NCBI GenBank assembly: GCA_013265495.1
Contig: MU058636.1
Location: 6,421,741-6,485,740, forward strand
Origin: Vicugna vicugna
Lineage: Eukaryota
Direction: 5' to 3'
DNA length: 64,000 nucleotides
Shown piece after piece: positions 11,991-24,286 of the stretch. Below the pieces are notes generated by a model. It ran no database searches. It saw only the letters and a list, made by a program, of their open reading frames with translations, and had not been told where the DNA came from. Position numbers and translations under genes: made by a program. The stretch's first letter is position 1. Every line of letters begins with the position of its first letter.

Positions 11991-13509
11991 CCTACTCTTT
12001 TTCATGACAGAAGGGCTAGGAACTGAATGAGAACCGAAGGTTGCTTGGCTTTTATGCAATACTGTATGCAGAGTGAAAAACCGCACTGGAAATTTAAGAC
12101 TGGAATCATGTAACCTTTAACTTTTATAAATAAAAGGATTAAAGCTCCATTTTTACTAGGCTTAATTTTTTAATTACAAAAAGCAAAACACTTTTCTGGT
12201 GGTGGGCTCTCTGAAGCTCTCCTTCTAAGGCCAAAAGCTTTAACATTACTTGCTCATTTAAAGCTAATTTTTTTTTTCAGTTGGATGTTAAATTGACATT
12301 ATGAGCTCCACAGGAGAACTGAAAATGTTTTGGCCTTCCAAAGATTGTTTCCTACATGAAGCTTTATATATCATTTAGAAAAAGCTGAATGGTGAAGTGT
12401 TTTTTGCTTCCACCTGGATGTTTGATGTCAAGTAGGTCGTAGGAAAACCATGTGACTATAACTCATACACTCAGCTTAGCGGATGTGTGTGCTTTGTTAG
12501 ACAGCTGGAGGCCCAAGCTAGGAGGTTTAATGTTTAATATTTTCCTTTTGCTGAATACATTTGGAAATTGGTCCTTAGCCATCTTTCTAAATACTACTTT
12601 CAGTTTTTTTTCTTCCAGAACAAAATGTAGCTAGAAGTTAGCAAAAAGATGAAGTTTAAAAGATTATAAATAAAAATCATAAAGATTCATGAAAACATCA
12701 GTCCATTTGTATTTATAGAGTTTGTGTGCCTCTAGTGTTTTTAAGATGATTATTTCACAGTAAGGGTGGTGGTTTCCACTTAGTAATCTCTGCCCTCTAA
12801 AATTCAATTCACAGTAATCCTTTTCTTCCTACATTGCATGAATTAAGTCTTCTCCAGTGTGATAGATTTTTAAAAAATCTAATGACTAGGTGATTGCAAA
12901 TCTTTTTGCTGCTATTATAAATAACAATGCCTCATTTCTGGCTGAATATTAAGAATCTGCACTGTGCTTGCTGTTTAAAATATCTTTTAAATGTCCACAA
13001 TTGAATTAAAGCCGTATGTTCAATCATGAACCATGAAATTAGTTGGTATTATCAACGTTCTGCAACTCAGGCCTTGGAAAAAAAATAAAAAGATTGCAAT
13101 TCAAAATTACCAAAAAGAGTCTCAACTAAAACTGGGTTTTTCTCCTTTCTAAAAGCCTTGATTGTATCACTAACTCTATCAAAGGATGAGACAAAAAACA
13201 AAAGAAACTTACCAGCATACATGATTCTTTATTTTATAAAAACAAACAAACAAATAATTATACCAGGTATGGTAGATTTTAGTGACAGAGGATATCACAA
13301 ACTTAAGTCTATTTCAATTTTGTACAGGAGTTAAGATTGTATACACATAAATGTCTGTTTATATTTTGGGTGAATTTCTGGTCCACTCAATCAAGTACTC
13401 ATCATTTCACTGGAATCACAGGATATTATATAGTAATCAAGGAGACTACTGCAAGATCTGATCTGAACTGAAAGCCAGCCTATTCCTGGAGCATCAAGTC
13501 CTTACCCAA

Positions 13510-13969
13510 CGTTGACTTACAGTAAATAATAAAATAAAACAGTCACTTATTTTACCAGCAAAATGGGTTTAACAGGGAAAAGCAAAGACCTGAAATTCAA
13601 GCAATGCAATCCATGGCAAATCACAGGCAAGTCTGGAGAAAGGAGGGGAGCCTTCTTTTCTAAATGACCGGGGAACTGGGAGGGGCTGTTATAAACAGTC
13701 CATTGAAGAACAGTGGGAGTTCAAAGAGGAGTGGCTTTTCGTTGGCTGAGTTGTGACAGTCTCTCACTGGCTGGGCTGTTGCTGGGCAGGGAGGAATTCT
13801 TCCTTTCTCCTGCTGAGTGGTAAAGTAACAACCTTCTTGCTGTTGGAGACACAAAGGTACCTCTCTTCTTGTTGGGTCTACATTTGTCCTCTAGGGTAGT
13901 GTGCAAGGGCTCCCCCTTCTGGCCTCCTGACTCCATTTTAAATGACATTTTTGTTTATTAATTTTCATA
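13510..13969 (-). mobile_element. ERV1-class solo LTR (MER89-like)
   Basis: Minus strand begins tatgaaaattaataaacaaaaatgtcatttaaaatggagtcaggaggccagaagggggagc and ends ...aaacccattttgctggtaaaataa...agtcaacg. 4-bp TSD ccaa/ctaa. Confidence 0.75.
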
Positions 13970-14017
13970 CTAAGGGTATTGTCACTGTGTCACAAAAGCA
14001 GTTACTAGGATTTGGCT

Positions 14018-14178
14018 CTTTGCTACTCAGAATAGGTCTGCAGAATGCAGAGTTGACATTACCTGGGAGTGTTAGAAATGCAGAATCTCAGGCCCTTCCC
14101 CAGACCTCCCGAAGCACAATCTACATTTTAACAAAATCCCAGGTAAATCAAATGCATGTTAAGCTGTGAGAAGCACTG
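14018..14178. mobile_element. MER5A1 hAT-Charlie MITE
   Basis: ttgctactcag...acctgggagtgttagaaatgcagaatctcaggccc...tgagaagcactg. Confidence 0.85.
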
Positions 14179-14294
14179 ATTTAGTTGATTAGACTAAAAA
14201 GTGTAAATCTCTTCCCTAATTGCCTAAAATAATACCTAGGAAGAAAACTGAGCAATAGTTTGGGGAGAGAAGTTAGTAACACTTTTCATCTGCA

Positions 14295-14470
14295 GTTTTA
14301 GACTTTACCTCATTTAATCATCTTTAAAAACCCTGCAAGGTAGATTTATTTCCATTTTTACAGTGATGGAACTAAGTACCTTGTCAAAGATTACACAGCT
14401 ACTAAATGTTGGAGCCAAGATCCAAAACAAGGTCAGTCTGGCTCTGTCTTTTCCATTATAAAGCACACTA
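14295..14470 (-). mobile_element. MIR
   Basis: ctcatttaatc...aaccctgcaaggtag...ccatttttacag...aagattacacagctactaaatgttggagccaagat. Confidence 0.75.
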
Positions 14471-15399
14471 CCCCTTATCTTGCTCATTTTTAAATACCGC
14501 TTAGAACCATTAAATGTTTTCAATATAGGCCTTAGATTGAATTTTATCATCAAAAGCCATTTTTTGAACTCACTTGGTTGCCACTTATGTTTTTGCATTG
14601 TGTGTCCAAGGCTGCCCTGGATGGGTCACAACCTCAACAAAGCAAGCTGAGCTGTTTGTCATATTGCTTTAGGTCCATCTTTTTTGTAATTTATGGATGC
14701 AAATATTTTCAAGGTCTACTGCAGATATAATGGTCTCCAAATCTTACTGTCTGTCAAACATCGTGGTTAAAAATTACATCGGAATCCTGCAAATGGTGTC
14801 TCACTAGCTACATCAGTAAGAATTACCTTTTTTTTTTTCCTTTGGAGGGAAGTATATGCTGTATAAAATGGGCCACCCTGGTCAGCAGTCGTGCTGTTGC
14901 TCATCACCACTTACAGATAAACTGCAATTCTGCCCTCCATTGAATTAGTCTCTGAATTTGGTTTTCAGAAATCTGTGACACATAAGATGAGAGTTTCTTT
15001 TAGGGAAATCATGGAAAATTCCTGGTGACTAGTCTTCATTTTGAATTTAAATCTCTGTCCTCTTAATTTTCTTTCTGAAAAAGTGTTAAGTTCACTAGTA
15101 ATTGAACACAAATCAACCAGTCAGATCTAGTGTACTCTTTATTCATAATAAAACAAACACTCTACGGGAACCAATACATGGCCACTCAGAAGTTTACATT
15201 CTTTCTATAAGTACTTGCTTACAAGAGGGAGTAATTCAAGTTACTGTTTTGTGCTGGACTACTCCCTTTACCAGTGGAAACAAGGTCGCTACTGCCTTTA
15301 AATCTAATCAATGTCAGAGAATCCAGAACCATTTTAGAGATTCCCCCACACGTACTCTCTAAGGTTCTGTTCCTCCAAAAGCACTTCTAGCACAATTTC

Positions 15400-16026
15400 T
15401 ATATCAGTTCCACTCTAACTAGAGAAGCAAAACTGCTCTGAATGATATAAACTAAAACATTTATTATAATCCCTCATTGAATTGTGGGGCTTGATGGAGT
15501 AGTCCATGGAAACTGTTGCCTTTGCATCTAACGTTGAGCCTAATGTTGCTTTATGTCAGCCAGTCTGGAAGTCAGGAAAGAGAGCTGGATACGGATGAGA
15601 GCAAAGACAAACTGGACCATACAGGGAAGTACTCAAATTCATAAAGGAAAACTAGAAGCCAAGTCTCTCACCAATTCCCACATCAATGCTGTTAGGTGAC
15701 CTGCAGGGGAAACCAGTGCCTTTTCTCATAAAGCTGCACATCACTTGGCTCATCTCTCAGGATCTGAAGGAACCACCATCAAGATGCTGCCCCAGTGCAA
15801 CAAGGTGAGCAGGTAAATGATCTTGAACACATGTGGACTGCCACAGTGCCTGGCCCTAAACTGATCTTCCAAATGATAAAAATGTAGCTTCTTTTTCACA
15901 TCTACCTTCCACATCTTGTACAAAGTAACTCTACATCCAGTGTTAACTCAGGAACATATAGGAAGGGAAATTTCAGGGAAATGTAGTTCTATCTTAGGTA
16001 AGCTGAAGCTGTACAAAGCCACCACA
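15400..16026 (-). mobile_element. MLT2F (ERVL) LTR carrying an APOA4-like fragment
   Basis: Minus strand starts tgtggtggctttgta...gaactacatttccctgaaatttccc; + strand 15695-15739 translates GDLQGKPVPFLIKLH. Confidence 0.8.
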
Positions 16027-16199
16027 CACAAAAAAATCAGTAACTCTTTCTGCAAATATCAAGATGCTTCACATATATTAACACAAAAAGACTTCAATTT
16101 TTTGTTTATTCTAAAATACGCATTTTCTCACAATGTATATTTTAGAAACGCTAGATCTGACGGATACTTTGTGGGAAGAAAATTAAGATGACTGGTATT

Positions 16200-16403
16200 A
16201 CTTCATTAAATTCCATGACCTTCTCCTGAGGTGACACAATTCACGTTATCTTATGAAAGTTCTGAGAGGTCTTGGGTCCTCTTTACCTTGGTTTAACCCA
16301 ATATCACCCAAATTTATTTGTGCACAGAACTCCTTTTACCCCATAATAATTTCTAACATCCTATGCAAACGATATTTCATAAAATAAATGTTAGAAAACA
16401 CTG
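16200..16403. mobile_element. MER112-like hAT-Charlie MITE
   Basis: ggtttaacccaatatcacccaaatttatttgtgcacagaac...ttagaaaacactg. Confidence 0.6.
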
Positions 16404-17926
16404 TTTTAGAGAATTACCTAAAACAAAGATGATAAAAAGCTTCCTTCTTATTTGCCAAGTCTAATCCATTTGTAGTGGGTCCTTGAAGCAGCGAGTTGAG
16501 ACTATTTAGGAATCTGAGTGCAGGCTCAGTGGGGAAAAGGCCAGGATCAATTAGTACCATCTTCTCTAGTCATAAAAACTGAGAAAAATGGCAGGAGTAC
16601 ACTTACTAACACTGGCCTCTGTGGCCATATCTGTTTACCTCAACTAGCAGTGGAACGACAGTGTCGTCTACAGCCATGGGGAAATACTGAACTCTCATGA
16701 AACTCAGAAAAAATGTATTGATCACTCTTCTAAATTGGATTCTTATAACATTTCATTCTTTTCTTGCTGAGCTAACTCATGTGTATAGATAGGCATTATT
16801 TCTGGACAACCATTCATGCCTTCTCTAGTGAGAACATATTTTGGTTAAACCTATTTAAAGTTTCTCTAGTTATATTCATTAATATAATCAATGTGTGTAT
16901 TTCAGGTATCGATTTTGGAGTGATTTAGTCTGAATTATATTTTCACCAAATATTTCACTGTTAGGAACTCTAAGTCAAATTGTTTCATTTATGAAATGAA
17001 ACAAGTGTATATTATCTTCAACTATAATCAATTCCTGTAGATTAATTTTAGGTGGTAATAGTAATAATTTGTATGGGACATAAAATTTGTATGGAACATT
17101 GCTATTCACAAAGCAATTTCACATCCTTTATTATATTAATAGTTTTAGATGTTACTTCAGATGTTTCAAACATTTAAAAATATAGGTAAGTCTATCAAGA
17201 AATATTTTCCACTTCATTTCCAACATTTTAGAAATCTGAAAGAATCTAAAAAGATAAAAATACAGAGCCACGCTAGCTGAATGCTTAGTTGTGCACATGA
17301 CAGTCTCCTTAATAAATGGGTTTTGCTTCAGACCAGTGAAGTGCTACAGTTGCCTTGTTTATCCAAAGCAACACAGAATTCTATTTTTGGTTTCATTCAA
17401 AGTGAACTCAGGAACTCTAATAGAGATTTAAGCAATCAAAAGTGCTTCCTCCTATCCACTAAAAAAGTTGAGTTCATGATGAAAGCTGCTAGGTCAAGTC
17501 TCACACCAAAGAGAAATCTAATGATTCCACAAGTACCTCGTTTAGCTGTCAGTACAGCAGATCCCTGTAAATTTTTAAGTTCCATATTTAACTTTGGGTT
17601 TCTAAGAGCCATTAAGAACCACCGTGATTTTAGAATTACTTACTCCTCAACTCATAGACAAGAGTACTTCTTAACCATACACAGCAACAATAATAGAGAT
17701 CACCATTTATTTGCCTATGTATCACATTAAAACGCCACATATTAACCTACTAAATGTTGAACAGTTTCAACTCTCTCCATAATCACAAGAAAGGCTTAAG
17801 ACAGCAAAAGTACAGAAATAAAGAAATAAGCAGGCAAAATGGCACCCCAGCATCCCCAGAGTCACAAATGGTGCTTTGACAGGAACATGCTGGAAATTCT
17901 GCTGGTGCCATCCTCTACAATACTCC

Positions 17927-18384
17927 TGTCACGGATGCTGTTGGTGCTCGTACGTGCTTCTCAGGGGAGACCCAGTCATCTCCTACCTGTGTGGGTGTTA
18001 AGGGCTAACGACTCATACCTCTTCCTACTCCAGAGACTGCCCTTGACTGAGCAAAGCCAACTCACCTGGAGATTCCTGGCAGGTGACATCTTCCCTGCAG
18101 AGGTGGCCCAGAGTCAGTAACAACTGACGTGGGATATAATGGCCCAGCCCCCTTACCGCTGGGAAAAACCACCTCTGTGGTACAATTCATGCTCCAGAGA
18201 TATCTGTGGAATTGGGCTGAGGCTGGACAACTCCTGAAGCCACATTTTTGCCTAGCTACCTCTCCTGTACAATCCTGTTTCCTTCAGTTTCTTACAGGTT
18301 ACTCCTGAGAGTGCACCCTTAATAAATCATTTACATAAAAATTCCATCCCAAACTTCCCTTCCACGAAGAAACTACCTTAAACT
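17927..18384 (+). mobile_element. LTR16 (ERVL) solo LTR
   Basis: tgtcacggatgctg...ctctgtggtacaattcatgctccagag...ctcctgagagtgcacccttaataaatcatttaca. Confidence 0.8.
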
Positions 18385-18424
18385 CTTAAAATTTTATTGC
18401 TGATGTCATTAAAAACTGGCCCTA

Positions 18425-20130
18425 AAATGTAATGGCACAAATAGATCAATAGAACAGAATAGAAGGACCAGAAATAGATCTACAATCTTACAACCAACTG
18501 AATTCCAACAGCAGCAACAAAGCAATTCAATAAGGAAAGGAAAATCTTTATTAAAAACATACTGGAACAACCTAATAGCCATATGAAAAAAATGGACTTT
18601 GACCCTTATCTCATATCATATACAAAAAGTAATTTGAGATGGATAATAGACCTAACATTAAAGTAAAAACTATAACAGTTAAAAGAAATGTGTGGAAATT
18701 TTATCTCAAAAAAACTATCAAAAATAATAATCAGTGGTAGAAAAAGAAGGAAACATAGATGAAACAAGAATGGCAGAATGTTGATAGTTGTTGAGCTGGA
18801 TGATGGGTAGCAGTGTTCATAATACTATTTTGTTTACATATAAATGCACATTCATATGTAAAAACCCCACATGTAGTGAATTGATTTTCAATATAGGTAC
18901 CAAGCAGGATAATCTTTTTGATAAGTAGTAATGGAACAATCAGATATTTATATTAAAAAAAATGCTTACTCACAGAATACAAAAATTATTTCTAAATGGT
19001 TCATAGACAAACATAAATTCCAAAACTATAAAACTTCTAGAAGAAAATATAGGATAAAATTCATGCAACTTTAGCATCTCAAAACTTCTTAGGACATTAA
19101 AAATTTAAAGCATAAAGAATTTTGATAAATTGAATCTTATCTAAATTTAAAACTTTTGGTCTTCAAAAGACATTGTGAGCAAAGTGATAAGGATGTGTGA
19201 AATCAGGAGAAAATATTCTCAGTACATATTTCTAACAGAGGACATGTAACCAGAACATTTAACAAACCTCATGATACCAAAGCCAAAAATCCAATGAGAT
19301 AACAAGCAAAAGATTTGAACAATTACTTCACGGAAAAGATCTATGAATGGCCGATAAGAAGATGGAAAGGTATTTAACATCATCATCATCAGAGAATTAC
19401 AAATTAAACCATGAAGTATCAATATAATCATGAGGATGGCTAATACTGAAAGTGTCTGACAACTCTATGTGTTGATGAGGAGATGGAGCAACTGGAATGC
19501 ACATATATTGCTGGTGGGAATATAAAATAGTACAACTACTTTGGAGATTTTATAGTGTCTTATAAACCTAAAATTACACTTACCATACAGCTCAAAATTC
19601 CACACCTAGGTATTTACCCCAGAAAAATGAAAACATATTGTGAAGATGAAAACTTTTACATGAATGATTACAGTAGTTTTATTCATAAGAGCTAAACTAG
19701 AAGCAGTTCAAATGTCCATCAACAGGTGACTAGATAAACAAACTGGAATACAGTTTCCAATGGGAGAATAGGATAAGGCATTGATGAAACATAAATAGTA
19801 GAAAGCTGAAAGTTGTTGAAGCTGAATGATAGATCCATAGGGGTTCATGATACTGTTCTATTTACTTTGCATATGTTTGAAATCTTCCACAAGTATTTTT
19901 CAAGTAACATGGTAACCATTTTCAAAAATTATAAGAAATGATCTATTCATTGATCTAGTCAATCCTCTTCTGAAAAACTAATCCTAGAAAACAATCAGAA
20001 GAGGAAATAAGCTGTATGCAAGAAAATATTCCTCTAATCTGATTTACAATGTTGGAAAAATTGGGACGAGCCCAAATATACAAAAACAAAGAAGTAGTCA
20101 AGAAATTATACTTTATAGAATGTCATGCAG
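18425..20130 (+). mobile_element. Cluster of old L1 (L1MC/L1ME-type) ORF2 3' and 3' UTR fragments
   Basis: gatcaatagaacagaatagaaggaccagaaatagat; aaaactataaaacttctagaagaaaatatagga; ccacacctaggtatttaccccagaaaaatgaaaacata; gttgttgaagctgaatgat 3' UTR motif. Confidence 0.85.
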
Positions 20131-20149
20131 AATTATAATTCATTAAGAT

Positions 20150-20450
20150 GAATAAATAGCTAACATTTATTGCATAATTTTCATGCACTAGGCCCTATTC
20201 TGAACACTTTAGTCAGCTTAACTCATTTAATATGAATAATATGTAGGAATATTTAGATCATTTAACAAATATTACTCACTCACTACTTGTACCAGGACCG
20301 TGCTAGGCCCTATGAATATAAGAGTGAGCAAGGAAATGTTACCTTTCGTCTCATGGAGCTTTGAAAGTCTAATGGAGGAAATGGATAAGTGAAGAAACGA
20401 TCACAATGGAATGCAATAAATGCACTGACTGGGGAAATAAAACGCTGGTC
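20150..20450 (-). mobile_element. Adjacent MIR and L2 fragments
   Basis: aatagctaacatttattg...ctcatttaat; catttaacaaatatt...accgtgctaggccc...ctcatggagctt. Confidence 0.7.
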
Positions 20451-20817
20451 TTTCGATTTAAGCAGCAAAGTGAATGCGTAAGTTATTTCCTTTGATGACA
20501 ACTATGTAAGGGGACCAAGAGTAAAGAAAAAGGTTTGACTGCTTCAGGTGATATAATTATAAAACAATTTAATTTTTCATTTCAAATTCCTTTAATTCTG
20601 CTATAATCCCTTAAGTGAAATAAAGTCAGATCACCTATATATCGGATGATCAATTTAGTAGTGAGTACAGTTTGTTTCACGGAAATTTTATTGTGATTTA
20701 GAAAATCTAATTAGTTTAGCAAATCTTTCTCAGGTTTCTCCCACTAATCAGTGTAATAGAAAACGTGTTTATTGGTCCTAATCCTAATACTGAAAGTCTG
20801 ATCTAGTTACTGTACTA

Positions 20818-20930
20818 AAGTAGTTCTCAACCTGGGGCAGCATTAGAATCCTCGGGAGTTTTAAAAACCTAACGATGCCTGACTCCCACCCCAAACCAAT
20901 TAAATCCAAATCTCTGTGGTAAGGACCCAC
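20818..20930. mobile_element. MER5B-like MITE fragment
   Basis: gtagttctcaacctggggcagcattagaatc...gatgcctgactcccaccccaaaccaattaaatc. Confidence 0.7.
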
Positions 20931-21163
20931 TGATCTACTCGAAGAGCCATGGATCACTTTAAAATTTTTTACTTAGGTTATTTGTTGAGCTCTTTTCACT
21001 CAGGAAGCTTGGTATCCATAATTACTATATTTTTGGCTGGGAATATAATTAAATTTACTGATGTAGACACTTCAAAAAGTGACTAAACAAAATATAGACC
21101 TTCCATTCATTTTCCCATTCTAAACATATTTACTCTGAGCAGTGTGCATTTCAGATGACTCAC

Positions 21164-21282
21164 CACGCACAAGGCAACTACAGGGTGCTGCACACGATTA
21201 AGAAAGCAAAGTTAGTTATTCCATCATTCCTCAATACACAGAAAAGACACCACCAGGAAAGAGAATGGAGGATGCACGTGAC
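21164..21282 (-). other. Candidate non-coding exon (119 nt)
   Basis: Acceptor gatgtttatttcag|G, donor GTG|gtgagt; stops in all three frames. Confidence 0.3.
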
Positions 21283-23487
21283 CTGAAATAAACATCCGAG
21301 CTCAGACAGGAGCCCAGAGACAACAGGCAGAGATGTAGGTGATCTTGTTGCAGATGAAATGACAGCAGTGACAATTCTCTCAATCCACCTCCTTCCAAAC
21401 AGCCAGTGTACCAACTTACACTTCCACACAAAGAATTGAGATGACTCAGAGGGGAGATGACTCAAAGAGGTAAACAGTGTCAGTATTTCCTCTGTCTTCC
21501 TGAGCTACGTTCCTTCGTACCTTGACTTACCCTCCGTAGGGTACCTGGAAATGGTTCTTACAGCTGCTTACCCTCTCCTATGCTTCAGCAGGTTGTCCTG
21601 GTGAATTTTCAGGAGGGATGGTGTGGAAGGCAGGGATAATAGCTATTTAACTTGCTTGATACAGTACTTAACACAGTAACACATGCATGCAGATGCCTAA
21701 TAAGCCATGGAGTAAAATTAGCCTAATTCTGCTCAGACTTCTTGTTTCATCAGCCTTTGGGGAAGACAATTTTAATTAGCTGAAATAGCTGAAGAATAAC
21801 ACTTAATCATAGAAAACTAATGCAGAAAAATTACCAGAAACAAGTTGTCTTTGCCTAAGGTACATTTCTAGCTGAGAAAAGGAACAAAATTAAGCAAACT
21901 TGAAGTCCTTCAAGCCTTACGTCCTAAAATGTTAGGATATTTTTCTTTACTTTTTTAATATCATCACTCTGGGCGGATATTTGACTCAAATTCTCAGATG
22001 GGTCAAGCTTTCCTTGACCTTATCAAATAATTAATGTGAGATTTGTATACAAACCTTCACAGTTTATTTTACTAATTAATGTAAAATATAATTAAATGCA
22101 CAGCAATGACTCTCAATTAATTGCTCAATTCTTTCAAGTTTATATATATACACTTTTTCTTATATTTATATACACACCAATTCTGGTTTTGATACACTGA
22201 CTTGCATAGTGTTCAACAAGGTAATTAAAAACAAAAGGAAAGAGAGCAAGTATTATCTGAAATAATGAAACTGTTTCAGCTGCTTGAGTTCAAATTAAGC
22301 ACCTTTCTGAAAATGAAAAGTATGATTAAACAAGGGTATGGTTATAAAGTGTAGGTGTTTAAATAATCAGAATTGCAGAATAGTTACAAGCTGTGCTTTC
22401 CCCATCCTGGATAGCCCTTTAAGGCCTGTCGAATACGATTAAGGGTGTCAATTAAAGGATAATTAGCTTCAGAACAAAAATGGCACTCAAGATAGGGAAA
22501 CTTTCCCATGCACTTCAACAATATAGAGATACTAAAACACAAATCCAAAGAATAGTAGCTGCAATACATTTTAAATAGTTTTTTTTTTAATTTCGATGCT
22601 GTCATTTCATAACAATGATAACTTCCAAGGGCTGCAGCGCACAATCCCACACAGCGAAGGTATGAGACATCAGGGCTGTTTCTGCCTGCAGGCTCTCTGT
22701 ATCGTCAGAGCTGCAGCTCCCCTCCTAAAGAGGTCTGGAGGGCTTGAATTGTTCTCACATTTCCTTTCACTCATGGAAAATATTTAACCAAGATTCATGA
22801 CTGCTTTAGTATAATGGCTATGCAAAATTACGGCTTTGATTCTACCTCCCTACTGCCTTTTTATATGCTCTTTAATAAAGTCATATATTGCAAAGACCAA
22901 GCCAAGGAACAAAAACAGACTGGAAGCACCTGTTACTGCACACCTTCAGGGTGAGAAAAGCACAAGTAGGAGGCACACCCACAGGATTGCTAATGCTAGT
23001 GAGCAGAGATGTAGAAAATGAAATATACTCCAGTGAGCCATCTGCCTTTGACAGAGAACTTGCAACCACGTCAGCAGTGAAAATCATCTCAGAGGCGAAA
23101 GCTATAAACCAGCTCTGACCTCTCAAGAGCAAAGATCAGCATCGCTCCTTTTGCTACAGCTGGTTTAACGTAACCCCCCAGGTAATGTTTTCAGAGTTCT
23201 ACCCTCTTTTTATTTGGCTTCACACAGCCTTTTGCCTTTGAGATATGAAATAGCCTGGACTACCTGAAGACTGGCTTTTAAAGGAATGGATCTGAAGCTC
23301 TCTCTGTCTCTTCTGTGTCTTGAAGTTCAAAAGCACACACATTTGGCTGTTAGGGGGTGGCTATGGTGCACTGTATTTGGTATATAAGATATTGATTGTA
23401 TGAATGGGCAATGCCTTGAACTAGACTTGACAGATGTTAGCCAGGGTGGAGATAAAAACCTAAAGTCTGAAATAGTGGGATTGGTTC

Positions 23488-23609
23488 TGCAGAGTTTGCA
23501 CAGAATCCGGCACAGAGTAACAGTGCAAAAAAAAAAAAAAGTTTGGCAAGAATGAATGAGTCAGTGGCTGAATGAATGAATGAATGAATGAACGAATGAA
23601 CGAATGAAT
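23488..23609 (+). repeat. L2 3' tail with expanded (GAAT)n
   Basis: gcacagaatccggcacagagtaa, A-run, then gaatgaatgaatgaatgaatgaacgaatgaacgaatgaat. Confidence 0.8.
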
Positions 23610-24145
23610 CTACTTGGGCCAACAAGCTAAATAAGGCATTCGCCACCACTTACCATTCCTACTTGCCTAGGGTTGAGTTTCTATACAGCAGCTTTCTCTC
23701 ACTTTTTCTTTTCCCTCTATCTCTTCAGAGTAGACCCCCAGGCCCTCTTGTGTTTCATGCTTGTGGTTTCTCCCTGACTTTTCCTGAAATTCTCCCAATC
23801 ACCCACTCCCTCTCATGTTTCTGCAAGGCCTTGTGCCCCAGTCCACCTCACATAATACTTTCAAAGAGACCATAAAAAGAGTTGATAACCCCTGGGTGAT
23901 GTGACTCAAATCACCTAAAATTATGAGCCCAAATCATAAATCAAGGTCCCTTTCAGTGTCAATTTTCATCCTAATAATTAATTTCTTCTCCGATTACCCA
24001 ATTTTAAACTATTCTAGGTTACTTTTGTGAAATAATTTATTATTTTAGTAGTTAAAAATAAGGGTAGCATTTATCTCTGTCATCTGTAGTCTATGTGATC
24101 ACTATTACTATCTTTAAAATGCTATTGCCCATCTATTTCCTGTAG

Positions 24146-24286
24146 GATGATTCCAGTTCAGAGGAGCCTATCGTGCCTGTGTATGGGGCTCCACAGAGCG
24201 CTGAGAAAACAGAATTGCTGGAGTATTCAGTCGTGGATACAGACACAGGACAAGATGATTCCAAAAAGATGCACCTCAACTGTCTT
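24146..24286 (+). other. Candidate 141-nt internal exon
   Basis: Acceptor ctatttcctgtag|G, donor CTT|gtaagt, length a multiple of 3. Phase-0 frame DDSSSEEPIVPVYGAPQSAEKTELLEYSVVDTDTGQDDSKKMHLNCL; a second frame is also open. Protein not recognised. Confidence 0.45.

Noticed and set aside
17149..17191. Strong plus-strand donor TAG|gtaagt
   Set aside because: No good upstream polypyrimidine acceptor
17281..17730. 149-aa ATG ORF
   Set aside because: No recognisable homology or coding-like composition; ORFs of this size can occur by chance
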